50,755 nt of DNA from a virus (Duplodnaviria; Heunggongvirae; Uroviricota; Caudoviricetes): positions 1 to 50,755 of IMG/VR virus record IMGVR_UViG_3300032030_000012, one strand, 5' to 3'. Below the pieces are notes generated by a model. The model was not told the DNA's origin. It worked only from the letters and a program-made list of their open reading frames with translations, and ran no database searches. Numbering within the stretch: the first letter of the stretch is position 1; the number at the start of each line of letters is the position of its first letter. The position numbers and the translations under genes are program-made. Shown here piece by piece: positions 10,464 to 20,499 of the stretch.

Positions 10464-11099
10464 TTATAATGTAGTAAATATATTATAATTTGATGTATCA
10501 ATTGTAGCTGATAAATTAGTTCCTTTAATATCCATTGTACTTAAAGGAGCTTGAAATTCAAATGATACTCCTCCATTTCCTAATGTTATTGGACACAAAA
10601 CATGATAATTTACAAAAGTGGATATAAAGTCAGATACTTTCATTGGATATGGATATTCAAAACAGCTATCAGCTTGAACTATATTACACATTGAATACAT
10701 CATATGTCCATCAGGAGTACAAACCTGAGCCTTTATACTGGCGGCATTTATTGTAATTATTATCTGAGCATTATCATAAACACCAACTTGACTACCATTT
10801 CTATGTGTATAAGTTCCTTTTGCTACAACTACAGCAGGAAAATATCCAGATCCTTCAGTATCTAAATATTTTTGTTTATCAGTAGATGAAAGTTGAGCAT
10901 CCATAGCTGCAGCTAATTGTCCTAAACTTATAGCAACATAATCAGCTGGATGCAGCGTGACAGAATGGGTATTACCTCCTTCATAAGTTCCTGTGACATC
11001 AAATATAGTCACATTTTTCTTAATATTAGAAGCTATTATTTTACTTGTTTTTTCTGATAATATAGCTTCTGCTTTTTGTTTTATTGTTGTCTTAGACAT
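10464..11099 (-). CDS. Putative adhesin/fibre with shared N-terminal adapter
   Basis: MSKTTIKQKAEAILSEKTSKIIASNIKKNVTIFDVTGTYEG followed by a unique body. Confidence 0.65.
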   Translation of the reverse strand: MSKTTIKQKAEAILSEKTSKIIASNIKKNVTIFDVTGTYEGGNTHSVTLHPADYVAISLGQLAAAMDAQLSSTDKQKYLDTEGSGYFPAVVVAKGTYTHRNGSQVGVYDNAQIIITINAASIKAQVCTPDGHMMYSMCNIVQADSCFEYPYPMKVSDFISTFVNYHVLCPITLGNGGVSFEFQAPLSTMDIKGTNLSATIDTSNYNIFTTL

Positions 11100-11114
11100 A
11101 TTTAAAACTCCTTT

Positions 11115-11759
11115 CTATTCAATATCTTTATACCAAATTAATCTATCTCGATCTAATAATTTTTGTAATTTTGCTTGATTTTCTTTAGTATATGCTTGTA
11201 TCATATCAATACCTAACTCATCTAAATAATCTTTAAAATAGATTGTATTTCTACCTAATTTTTTAGCGTCTCTAGTTGATATAGCATCAATATGTTGTAC
11301 TAGTGTAGGTCTATATATTAAATGAGGAATACCATTTTCAACTAATACAATATTTAATAATGAACCATATCTTTGCTCTCTTGGATATTTTATTTCATCT
11401 ACATATATCTCCATCATTTTATCAGCTAAAAACTTAGTTAATCCTTTAGGAAAATATGTACACTGATTATATATAAATATATCGGAAAAATGAGTAGTAT
11501 AATATCTTGAAGGAGAACTAAAAAAGTTAATTATATTATTTGGATATTGTTTAATAACTTTTTCAATTTCTTCCTTAAAATTTTTACATAATACTATATC
11601 ATCTTCCATTAAAACTGCATTATAATCATTTATATAGTATAAAGCATCAATATAAGATTTAACATAAAGATGCTTATAATCTATTATTTTTTCATATTCT
11701 ATCGGAAGATCATAAGGTCTTCCCTCCATCGTTCTTACAAAATATTTTATTTTATTCAT
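11115..11759 (-). CDS. Glycosyltransferase-like protein (GT-A fold)
   Basis: AVLMEDDIVLC and PTLVQHID; paralogue of 8478..9137. Confidence 0.6.
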   Translation of the reverse strand: MNKIKYFVRTMEGRPYDLPIEYEKIIDYKHLYVKSYIDALYYINDYNAVLMEDDIVLCKNFKEEIEKVIKQYPNNIINFFSSPSRYYTTHFSDIFIYNQCTYFPKGLTKFLADKMMEIYVDEIKYPREQRYGSLLNIVLVENGIPHLIYRPTLVQHIDAISTRDAKKLGRNTIYFKDYLDELGIDMIQAYTKENQAKLQKLLDRDRLIWYKDIE

Positions 11760-11783
11760 AGATATTCCTTTATTTAATTTTAG

Positions 11784-11811
11784 ATAAGGCTCTATATTTC
11801 AAGAGCCTTAT
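11784..11811 (-). terminator. Hairpin, probable terminator or processing site
   Basis: ataaggctct/agagccttat stem after the 11817 stop; weak T-tail. Confidence 0.55.
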
Positions 11812-11816
11812 ATCAT

Positions 11817-14800
11817 TTAGTTTCCTAATATATCATCTAATATATCTTCTACTTCTTCTTCAGTTCCACCTAATCCATTATATTCATCATCAGTTCCCAT
11901 TACTTGATTTAAATCATTAAAAGTATCTATATATTCTTGAGGATCTGGTGTAGTTCCTCCTTCAGTTTGTTCAGGAATTCCGATTAATTTTAGATTTCCT
12001 AATTCTACATCTTTCATGAATGATTCATATAAGGTTGATTGTGTAGTATCTGAAGTAAAGTTCTTCAATATTTTAGCCATTATTATAACATTCTGATCAT
12101 TTTCAACTGTTACATATTTTTGTAATGTATATGATCCAGTAGGTACATATAAAGTATTTTGAGCATATGTACTTATTTGTGTTTGAAGATCTGCTATTAA
12201 ATTATTGATAATAGATTGTAATGTTTCAGTTGCTTGAGCAGTATCATCTAAATTAATTTTTGAAGCATCTAATTGTACATTTTTATTAGCATCTGCTTGA
12301 GTATTATTGACTGTATCAACCTTACCAAAACTATTTTTATCATATACAACTTGATCACCATTAGCATCTGTACCATATACTTTATTTATTTCATCTGTCA
12401 AAGTAACTTTTGTATCTACAATTTCTTTAACTTCTCTTATTGCTGGAGATAATTTTGTACTTGTTAATCCTGAAGTACTTGGATCAAATATTACATTTTC
12501 AGGTTGAACTCTAAATTTAATTTTATTATTCCAATCCTGATCATTTTCCCAAATTGTATCTCCATAATCAGCATTACCAAAAGCTATTTGAATATCTCTA
12601 TTTTCAAAAGCTAGTTCTAAATCTTTAGTTCCTCCGCCGCTTTCAGTTCTATAATAATTAACTAATTCAATTGAATTAGAATCAACATAAGTGCTTTTTT
12701 GAGAGTGAATTTCTATTCCACTTTGATATATATTTTTATAATCTGTTGAAGTCGCATCAGTAGCAGCAAACATATGAGCAGCTTTTGATTTATCAAATTT
12801 AATACTATTTAAATTATTATCAGCAGCAATTCTAGCAGTTTCTTCAGCATCTATATTATCTTGTAATGCATCATCAGCTGCAATTCTAGCATTTTCTTCA
12901 GCAGTTATATCTGCTGTTATTGAGGTTTCTAAATCACTAAATTGTTCTTGAAGATCTTGTTGATCAGTAATATCTCCTTTAATTGTTCCCCATACAGCTT
13001 GAGCATGTTTCTTAAATGTCACTGCAACACATGTTTGTAATGTATCGTTTATAGATTCTACTCTTGCCCATGTTCCTTCTGGATCTGATATAATATCATG
13101 AACTTCTACATTCACTTTATCAGTAGGAGTTAATGTATTAAGAGGAATTATATTTTCACTTGGTATAGTTGTATTTAATGTTTCAGTTGTTACAAAGTAA
13201 TTTACATCAGTATCTAGATTTGCTTTTAAATCTATTACTCCAGTATCTCGATCTCTAGTTGCAACAATTGTATTATCACTAGAAATTACTTTTAATATTC
13301 CATTAGAAGTAGTTTCTGTTGAAGGATCTACACTTGTAACTCCTAATTTAATAATTTCATTATTTTGTAAAGCTTCTGTTGCAATAGTTCCTACAACTTT
13401 ATTATTAGTTAAATTCGCAAATGTTTTATTAGCTTTATTAGCTTGTAAATCTGTTATAGATTGTAAGTTTCTTGATATATTTTGATTTGCTGTTGTTATA
13501 TCATCTGCATTTGCTTGCACAAGTTCATCTAAGTTTGTTAAATGAGTTTCTTGTGTAGCATTTTGAGTTTGTAATCTTCCTATATCATAATTTGCATCTG
13601 TCATATCAGCCTGCAAATCTTGAATATCATGTGTATTATCAGCTATTTGTTGAGCATGCAATGCAAGTGTAGCATCATGAGATGTATCATGAGTTTGAAG
13701 AGTTGTTATATTATCCTCATTTGCTGATATTCTAGTTTCAGCATTTGTTAATCTTGTATCTTGTTGAGTATTTTTATCATCTATTGTAGTTGAATCAATT
13801 ACTATATGATCTGCATCTTGAAATCTTGTTTGAATTTGTCCTTGAGCTTTGAAATGTAAGTGTGATATAGTAGGTGTTTCTGTTGTAGTATTTTTAGTAG
13901 TTATTTTTAAAGTAGGCTCATTAGATTCTGTAGCAGCTACTATTTCTGAAACAAGTCCTGGAGCTATACTCTTATTAATTTTCTTATTATCCATAGTTGT
14001 TTCTTTTGTATTTATAGTGTTATTAAGAGTTGCCACTTCTTGATCTATTCTTTGATTTATTACAGATTCTTCTCCATCTATTTTATCATTTAGTGTTTGA
14101 ACTTCTTGATCTATTCTAGTGTTTATTTCAGATTCTTTAGTTGTAATAGTTGTATTTAGAGTTTCAACTTCATCATCAATTCTATCATTTATAGTATCTA
14201 CATGTCTTAACATTGTATTATTTAAAGTATTAACAGCATTATTTATTTTTGTATTATAATCTATAATAGAATTATCAATTCTTGTTCCTAACGCTGTATC
14301 TCTAGTTTTAGATTCTGCTTCAACTCTTTCTACTTCAGTATTAGTATTTGCAATTTGTTGATTAATTTCTGCTTCTTTAGTATTGATTGTATTATAAATT
14401 TCAGATTCTTTAGTATTTATAACTCCATAAATTTCAGACTCTTTAGTGTTGATCGTATTATTAATTGTAGCTTCTTTTTCATTTATAGTATTATAAATCT
14501 CTGATTCTTTAGTATTGATTGTATCTGTAAGATCTTGTACTTCTTGATCAATTCTAGAATTAATAGTATCTACATTATTTTGTAATTCTTGTTCAGATAC
14601 AACATCTATTTCTCTTCTTTCTTCAGCAGATGTACCATCTTCAAGTGAAAATTTATCTTCAATCATTGTTATATGACCAGTTGTTTCATTATATTCGAAT
14701 TGAACATCTCTAACTATTCTAGCTCCTTGTCCAGCTACAACTTTATCAACTTTTGCATCTAAAGTTTGTCTTACTGTTCCTTTTGAAGGATCTGAATCTG

Positions 14801-15686
14801 TATAATTAATATCTGATGCATCTATTTGAACATTTTTATTAAGATCAGCTTGTTTATGATTTACAGTATCAAGCTTTCTTAAATCATCTTTATTATAAAG
14901 ATATTGCTCACCATATTCATTAGTTCCATAAACTTTATTTTCTCTTGAAGTTTTCTTTACTTTTTCACTATCAAGATCAGCAAGTTCATCAATAGCTGCT
15001 TTAACATTATCAGATTCTAATCCTGATGTTAAGTGATTATATTTAATATCATTTGCATGTAATGATGCAAGTAATATCCAATGAGCTTTAGTAAATGAAC
15101 CTTCTGCCACAAATTCTTCTTCTAAGCATCTATATAATTTATTATCATAATAGCATATTTCATTAATGTAATATGTTTTACCAGCTTGATAATCATATAT
15201 ATGAGAATAAGATTGAAGATTTAAAGTTCTTATTCCTTCCTCATCTATTGTATAAACTCCTTGTAAAGAGTTGTCATTAGATTTAATTCTTAAATAAGCT
15301 TGTCTTGCTCCTCCAGTTGTTACATCTTTAGTAACACGATTAATTAATGCTAAAGATCCAGATTCATCTGTTATAGTAATATTTTCAATTAAACCATTAG
15401 CATTTTCAGTGAATATACTCTTATCTACTTTTTCATTAAGAGCATCTTTTAATACTTTACTATCTGATACTTCACCAATTAAATTTTCATAAGTAACTAG
15501 ATACTCTAATCCAAAATGTTCGTATGGTAAATCAGCCCAATTAGATTGACCATCTCCACGTTTAACACGATGTGTATCATCTTCAACACCGTATTCACTT
15601 AGAGCAAGTATTGGATTATTCATCATCCAGTTTGTACTAGTATCATGTCTTAAAATGATAGTGTAATATACTTTTTCTTCGTCCAC
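11817..15686 (-). CDS. Long tail fibre protein (Mtd_N/hyaluronidase-type N-terminus, long coiled coil)
   Basis: N-terminal LRHDTSTNW..NPILA..EYGVEDDTHRVKRGDG..NWADLPY; 11-residue repeats INTKESEIYNT; GTG start with GGAGG RBS. Confidence 0.75.
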   Translation of the reverse strand: MDEEKVYYTIILRHDTSTNWMMNNPILALSEYGVEDDTHRVKRGDGQSNWADLPYEHFGLEYLVTYENLIGEVSDSKVLKDALNEKVDKSIFTENANGLIENITITDESGSLALINRVTKDVTTGGARQAYLRIKSNDNSLQGVYTIDEEGIRTLNLQSYSHIYDYQAGKTYYINEICYYDNKLYRCLEEEFVAEGSFTKAHWILLASLHANDIKYNHLTSGLESDNVKAAIDELADLDSEKVKKTSRENKVYGTNEYGEQYLYNKDDLRKLDTVNHKQADLNKNVQIDASDINYTDSDPSKGTVRQTLDAKVDKVVAGQGARIVRDVQFEYNETTGHITMIEDKFSLEDGTSAEERREIDVVSEQELQNNVDTINSRIDQEVQDLTDTINTKESEIYNTINEKEATINNTINTKESEIYGVINTKESEIYNTINTKEAEINQQIANTNTEVERVEAESKTRDTALGTRIDNSIIDYNTKINNAVNTLNNTMLRHVDTINDRIDDEVETLNTTITTKESEINTRIDQEVQTLNDKIDGEESVINQRIDQEVATLNNTINTKETTMDNKKINKSIAPGLVSEIVAATESNEPTLKITTKNTTTETPTISHLHFKAQGQIQTRFQDADHIVIDSTTIDDKNTQQDTRLTNAETRISANEDNITTLQTHDTSHDATLALHAQQIADNTHDIQDLQADMTDANYDIGRLQTQNATQETHLTNLDELVQANADDITTANQNISRNLQSITDLQANKANKTFANLTNNKVVGTIATEALQNNEIIKLGVTSVDPSTETTSNGILKVISSDNTIVATRDRDTGVIDLKANLDTDVNYFVTTETLNTTIPSENIIPLNTLTPTDKVNVEVHDIISDPEGTWARVESINDTLQTCVAVTFKKHAQAVWGTIKGDITDQQDLQEQFSDLETSITADITAEENARIAADDALQDNIDAEETARIAADNNLNSIKFDKSKAAHMFAATDATSTDYKNIYQSGIEIHSQKSTYVDSNSIELVNYYRTESGGGTKDLELAFENRDIQIAFGNADYGDTIWENDQDWNNKIKFRVQPENVIFDPSTSGLTSTKLSPAIREVKEIVDTKVTLTDEINKVYGTDANGDQVVYDKNSFGKVDTVNNTQADANKNVQLDASKINLDDTAQATETLQSIINNLIADLQTQISTYAQNTLYVPTGSYTLQKYVTVENDQNVIIMAKILKNFTSDTTQSTLYESFMKDVELGNLKLIGIPEQTEGGTTPDPQEYIDTFNDLNQVMGTDDEYNGLGGTEEEVEDILDDILGN

Positions 15687-15700
15687 TTTCTTATACCTCC

Positions 15701-16243
15701 TTATTCAATATCTAACAAGACTTTTACTTGTTTTGGATTATTTGTAAATTTAATAACTTTACCTATTGATCTTGCTACATAAAATTCTTCATCTAGAAAA
15801 TCCTTTGATTTAGCTTTTCCAGGATGATCACTTAATGTTAATTTATCACCTAGATCTACATAACCACAAATGTTTACCATTTGTTCTCCCATATAAGCAA
15901 TTTGTATAATTTCTCTTTTATTAATATCAGAATCTCCACCTATTATCATTATTGTTTGAGGTTTATCAGAAGTTCCTGAATCAATTTCTTCTCTTTTAGA
16001 ATCTTCATCATAAGCATGACCTCCATCTAAAAATAATGGTACTGGATCTGTATTATTAGAATTTACACAAACTCCTATAATTAATCTAGAATTTGCCATT
16101 AGTTCATCACAATCATTAGCCTCAGCTCTTTTAACATATGAAGTTTCAGGATCTAACATTATGATATCACCAATTTCTATTATTTCAGAAGGAATAGATT
16201 TTCTATATGTCATTATATGATTGCATGTACAAGAATTTAACAT
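15701..16243 (-). CDS. Stand-alone domain resembling the C-terminal fibre chaperone (peptidase G2/IMC-like)
   Basis: EIIEIGDII...IIGVC...IAYMG..GDKL..IGKV..VKV parallels the C-terminus of 31825..34239. Confidence 0.5.
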   Translation of the reverse strand: MLNSCTCNHIMTYRKSIPSEIIEIGDIIMLDPETSYVKRAEANDCDELMANSRLIIGVCVNSNNTDPVPLFLDGGHAYDEDSKREEIDSGTSDKPQTIMIIGGDSDINKREIIQIAYMGEQMVNICGYVDLGDKLTLSDHPGKAKSKDFLDEEFYVARSIGKVIKFTNNPKQVKVLLDIE

Positions 16244-16261
16244 ATTATCTTACCTCCTTTA

Positions 16262-16735
16262 TTAATATTCATTCCATTCTAGTATGTTATTAACTGTATT
16301 TATTTGATTTTGAAGACCGGTCTCCATATCATCAATATCCTCTTTAGAATATGAATAATCTTTTTGAACACCTAGCATTTCCCATTTACCTTCACCAGTA
16401 TCTGGATCTTCTATATATCTCCATTCCTGATAACCATCTTCAGGATCATCTGATACCTTAATCAAATAAGATCTTCTAGTACTAATATTTTCAGTAGGTA
16501 ATTCTTCTACAATTAATGGTTTATTATCACCTACTCCAGCTTCGTCCATTGAATTATGGACTTCTTCAACACGATTCTGGGCTTCTTGCTCTGTATCATA
16601 TTCTTCTATTACTTTGGAGCCATTTACCATATAAAAAATGACTATGTTTTTATCATGTTTTCCTACAAAACAATCTTGTAACCAAAACAAATTCAACATA
16701 GCCCCATTCTTTAAAAGTATAAACATACTGATCAC
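16262..16735 (-). CDS. Hypothetical structural protein
   Basis: N-terminal domain paralogous to 16815..17003; C-terminal VEELPTENIS...EW.Y...KWEMLG fibre-like motif; GGAGGTG RBS. Confidence 0.65.
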   Translation of the reverse strand: MISMFILLKNGAMLNLFWLQDCFVGKHDKNIVIFYMVNGSKVIEEYDTEQEAQNRVEEVHNSMDEAGVGDNKPLIVEELPTENISTRRSYLIKVSDDPEDGYQEWRYIEDPDTGEGKWEMLGVQKDYSYSKEDIDDMETGLQNQINTVNNILEWNEY

Positions 16736-16814
16736 TCACCTCCATCTAACATCTCTGTATCCCAGAGCCCTTGAATTAGATTTTGTTTCCGCTTCTACTA
16801 ACTCTATTTAATTT

Positions 16815-17003
16815 TTAATCGATTAACTCTTTTTGTAGATCCTCGAATCTTGCTTGAGCATCTTCTTCTGTATCAAAATGCTCTCTGTATCCATCTAAAG
16901 ATCCTTTAACTCCATAATAGACTACATCAGATCCATCTACTTTAATTTCACTTATATGTCCTAAATTTTGTTTAGTTCCATCATTTAATTCTACGAATAA
17001 CAT
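16815..17003 (-). CDS. Hypothetical small protein
   Basis: 62 aa, AAAGGAG RBS, after motif copy 4. Confidence 0.7.
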   Translation of the reverse strand: MLFVELNDGTKQNLGHISEIKVDGSDVVYYGVKGSLDGYREHFDTEEDAQARFEDLQKELID

Positions 17004-17025
17004 AAATAGATTTCTCCTTTCATTA

Positions 17026-17042
17026 ATCTATTAATATTTTAC
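17026..17042 (-). promoter_or_regulatory. Putative late promoter motif (copy 4)
   Basis: GTAAAATATTAATAGAT, 22 nt upstream of ATG 17003. Confidence 0.75.
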
Positions 17043-17057
17043 AGAAACAGAGCAATA

Positions 17058-17091
17058 AAAAAGAACTAGTATATTTCAACTAGTTCTTTTT
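17058..17091 (-). terminator. Intrinsic terminator
   Basis: aaaaagaactagt/actagttcttttt. Confidence 0.85.
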
Positions 17092-17099
17092 AATAATTT

Positions 17100-17924
17100 T
17101 TATTTATTTTTAAATCTTGAATGTAACACATCTCTAACTCTTTTAACCATTTCTTCATTAGATGCTCCCATATCATCTAATCCAACTAATGAATCAGCTA
17201 TATCATAAGCACTATCATCTGTAAATATTCCACTTGAATTATCTAAATATCCTTTAATAGCTAATTCAATTATATCATCAGTTACTTCTCCGTTATTTTC
17301 TTTGATAGCTTGTTTTAAGAATTTAGGATTTGTAGGACCATTTACCCATAATTGATAGAAATATTCATAATCTTTTCCAGTAGCTTCAGATAGACCATTA
17401 AATATATATTCCCTATCTGTACTATCACTAATGTTTGCTATTTCATAAATTTCTTCACCTTTTAACATTCTATCATAAACATCTTTAAATGTTAAAGTAT
17501 CATCCATATCTACTAAGAAATCTTCTTCTTCTGGATATTCCTGTAATAACCATTCTTTAACATTTTGATCTAATTTAGCTTCTTTTTCTTGTAATTTTTC
17601 TACACCTTCTGTTAAATCAGTTCTCATAACTTCATCTAAATATACTCGCATATCTCCTACCATGAAAAATGGTCTAGCTTCTTCTAAAGGTCCTTCATCA
17701 TCTTCGTAGGCATATTCTATAGTTGATGTTTGTATATTATCTTTATCGTTTGATAAAGCCCATTCTACTTCATCATCAATACCATAGTTAATATCATAAA
17801 CAAGTACTGAATGAGAATTATCTACTGTATATACACCTTTAACTTGTTTTTCTTCTTTAGATTCTTCAATAACTTCATTTTCTGATTCTATGATTTTATT
17901 GATTAAAGATTCTTCTAATTTCAT
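17100..17924 (-). CDS. Acidic multi-module protein, putative head-internal polyprotein
   Basis: Likely start MKLEES at 17924 (GGAGGT RBS 8 nt upstream); linkers LEES, IIES, IEES, LTEG, LQEK, IKEN. Confidence 0.7.
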   Translation of the reverse strand: MKLEESLINKIIESENEVIEESKEEKQVKGVYTVDNSHSVLVYDINYGIDDEVEWALSNDKDNIQTSTIEYAYEDDEGPLEEARPFFMVGDMRVYLDEVMRTDLTEGVEKLQEKEAKLDQNVKEWLLQEYPEEEDFLVDMDDTLTFKDVYDRMLKGEEIYEIANISDSTDREYIFNGLSEATGKDYEYFYQLWVNGPTNPKFLKQAIKENNGEVTDDIIELAIKGYLDNSSGIFTDDSAYDIADSLVGLDDMGASNEEMVKRVRDVLHSRFKNK

Positions 17925-17937
17925 TTTTTCATACCTC

Positions 17938-19482
17938 CTATCCATTAACTCTTAAATTATCTATTTTAGTAGGATTTCCTGATTGATCTCCTAACAAAGT
18001 TACTTTTATATTAGGTACTTGACCTTCTACTATAAATAAATTAGCAGGATGTTCTTCTAAATATTTTTTAATATTCTCATCTACAGTTACTCCTGATTGG
18101 TCTTCTGCTTCTTTAATACTTTCTATTTGAGAAGCTCCAATACCTATAGCAAGATCTCCAGTTCTTTGATCCCATATTAAATTATTATTTAGAAAATAAT
18201 TATCATTAACTTTAAATTTAACATCTTCTTCTATCTTATTAACAGGCTCATTATCATTTAATTTTTTATCTATAATTCCTTTAGCAAATTTTAAGAAATT
18301 ATAAAATTCATCTAATCCCATTTCATATTGAGCTCTTTCAACTAATTCTTTTAATTGGGTACTATAATTAATTTGACCTTCTTCTACTTTTTTAGATTCT
18401 TCTAATTCTACTCCATATTTTTCCATTTCTTCATCTGTCATCTCTAAATCATTCTTTAATACTCTTTTATAATCTTCTGGTTGTAAATGATCAAATAACC
18501 ATTGTAATCCTATTTCTACTATATCTTGAATTTTACCATCTGGAATATCTTGGTCACCTTCATAAATACTTTGATCTATATCCATCTCTTTAAATAAATT
18601 TTCTAAATCGCTTGTATGAATATATCTATCTATTATAGCTAATATTTCACCAGCCATAAATTTTTTACTATCTTCAAATGATTCTTGAATAGTACCTTTC
18701 AAATTTTTATTTAAAGTATTATATACTGTATCATTTGTATACCCTGAAAATAATCCTTCTAAATTATTTTCAACTACATCAGCAGCTTTATCATCTTCTG
18801 TTTCACCTTCAATATTTAATACTATATCAAAAGCATCTAAATGATCTTTAACATAACTAAATAAATCTACTACAGCATAATCTTCATCAGCTCTTATAAT
18901 TTTTGTACCTTTAGCTATAGTAGCTAAACATTTATCAAATGAATCATTACTATTTTCATCATAATCAAAATAAACTATCATATCAATAGTATTATCTCCG
19001 ATATCTAATCCATCTAATCCTTTTTGATGTCTATCTAAAATTAAATCTGCTAAAGTTTTTATTTCTTTATTTTCTTCCATTTTATGAACTCCTTCCTCTA
19101 ATTTTTTAATTTCTTTTAATTTAATAAAATTTTTGTTAGCTTCTTTACATTTCATTATCATCTCAGGTTTACTCATATCTTCTTTTGGAGTAAACTCAAA
19201 CTCATTATCTTTACCATCTTGGTCTGAATATATAATATTATATTTTTGATCTTTTTTATATATATCAAAATTCTCATCTAAGTCTTTTATTACTTCATAA
19301 TCAGAATATATAGAAGCTCTTGTTTTAGGAGGGGTATGTTTTGCTTTTTCTTTTTTCATAAATTCTTGAGCTTCTTTTTCTGTTTCAAATTTATTAGTGT
19401 ATATAAATTCTTTAGGTTTTCTATAATATCCTCTATCATTACCTTCACACCAATCAGCTACTTTACATTTAACTCTGAACAT
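17938..19482 (-). CDS. Acidic multi-module protein, putative head-internal polyprotein
   Basis: 514 aa; linkers LDEN, LEEG, IQES, LEESKKVEEG, IEED separate unrelated modules. Confidence 0.7.
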   Translation of the reverse strand: MFRVKCKVADWCEGNDRGYYRKPKEFIYTNKFETEKEAQEFMKKEKAKHTPPKTRASIYSDYEVIKDLDENFDIYKKDQKYNIIYSDQDGKDNEFEFTPKEDMSKPEMIMKCKEANKNFIKLKEIKKLEEGVHKMEENKEIKTLADLILDRHQKGLDGLDIGDNTIDMIVYFDYDENSNDSFDKCLATIAKGTKIIRADEDYAVVDLFSYVKDHLDAFDIVLNIEGETEDDKAADVVENNLEGLFSGYTNDTVYNTLNKNLKGTIQESFEDSKKFMAGEILAIIDRYIHTSDLENLFKEMDIDQSIYEGDQDIPDGKIQDIVEIGLQWLFDHLQPEDYKRVLKNDLEMTDEEMEKYGVELEESKKVEEGQINYSTQLKELVERAQYEMGLDEFYNFLKFAKGIIDKKLNDNEPVNKIEEDVKFKVNDNYFLNNNLIWDQRTGDLAIGIGASQIESIKEAEDQSGVTVDENIKKYLEEHPANLFIVEGQVPNIKVTLLGDQSGNPTKIDNLRVNG

Positions 19483-19485
19483 TGA

Positions 19486-19887
19486 TTATTCCTCCTTATT
19501 TATATAAGATTCAAACATTTCAGTGTCATCTAAATCAATATATAAGTCTGAATCAGGAGCATATTTAAGATATTCCATATATTCAAAAGCTTTTTTAACT
19601 GAAAAACTTTCATCTTTTTCTAAATAATTTTCTAAAATATTAACATAAGAATCTTGATCAAAATATCCTTGTTCTTCTAATTCTTTAGCGTCTTCTAATA
19701 TATTATTTTGTTGATCTTCAGTTAATTCTGTATTATCTTCTTTAAAAATAGATTGAATTAATTTTACATTATCTACAGTTGAACCTATATCATCTAGAAT
19801 ATATTTCATTATATGATTTTTATCATCTATACCTTCTTTTAGATAATACATATATAAATATCTAATTCTTTTTTCTATATCTGACAT
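19486..19887 (-). CDS. Acidic hypothetical protein
   Basis: Likely start MSDIEK at 19887 (GAGGTG RBS); internal LTED linker. Confidence 0.65.
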   Translation of the reverse strand: MSDIEKRIRYLYMYYLKEGIDDKNHIMKYILDDIGSTVDNVKLIQSIFKEDNTELTEDQQNNILEDAKELEEQGYFDQDSYVNILENYLEKDESFSVKKAFEYMEYLKYAPDSDLYIDLDDTEMFESYINKEE

Positions 19888-19897
19888 AATATCACCT

Positions 19898-20494
19898 CTA
19901 ATCCCACCAAGCTCTAGTATAACCGCTATATTCACCATATTCATCAGGTTGATTATCAATACCTAATGAATTAATAAAGTCATAAAGAATCACTTTATTT
20001 TCTTTATTAGACTCTGCTTTAACTCCTACTATTTCTAATCTATAATCAGATCTATCAGGGCTTGCTATACCTATTTCAGCTATAAATTGAGGATTTTCTT
20101 CCATAAATTTTAATAAGACAGCATTTCCAGGACAATCATTATGAGCCATTTCAGGATCCCAAAAATCAGGCATTGCTTCTATTAAAGCATGTAATTGTTC
20201 AATAGTAGCATGATCATAATAAACATAGTTACCTATAACATCATCACCATCTAAATTTAATATCTTTAAAGCTACATCCCATTGAGTTTGTAAATTATTA
20301 TCTACTTCATTTTCTTCTTGAGTTGGATGAAACTCTATATCCTCAGTTTTATTAGATTTTTCTAATTCATTTAATTCGTCCATAATTTTATCCCTTTCTA
20401 TTTCTAATCTACTTGTATCATAATGTAAAGGAGCTGTTGATAATTTATATTGAACATTATCTAATCTTCTCTTTAATAAATCAATTCTATCCAT
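19898..20494 (-). CDS. Acidic hypothetical protein
   Basis: 198 aa; ends in the RAWWD motif seen in small phage proteins. Confidence 0.7.
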   Translation of the reverse strand: MDRIDLLKRRLDNVQYKLSTAPLHYDTSRLEIERDKIMDELNELEKSNKTEDIEFHPTQEENEVDNNLQTQWDVALKILNLDGDDVIGNYVYYDHATIEQLHALIEAMPDFWDPEMAHNDCPGNAVLLKFMEENPQFIAEIGIASPDRSDYRLEIVGVKAESNKENKVILYDFINSLGIDNQPDEYGEYSGYTRAWWD

Positions 20495-20499
20495 TTTTA

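Larger units (their letters stand above)
8581..11252. repeat. Exact 59-bp direct repeat (8581-8639 and 11194-11252) in the two GT paralogues
   Basis: gcttgtatcatatcaatacctaactcatctaaataatctttaaaatagattgtatttct at both sites. Confidence 0.85.

Noticed and set aside
2355-11759. Diversity-generating retroelement targeting the adhesins
   Set aside because: No reverse transcriptase in the window; the repeats found are exact and in-frame, without adenine-specific mismatches
14040-14560. 33-bp periodic repeats in the long fibre gene as a DNA element
   Set aside because: They are degenerate coding repeats for an 11-residue coiled coil (INTKESEIYNT)
16744-16805. c-di-GMP-II riboswitch (GCGGAAACAA and GAGTTAGTAG fragments)
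   Set aside because: Fragments are in the wrong order and the GGGCAC/GTGCAACC pseudoknot elements are missing; kept only as a generic structured spacer
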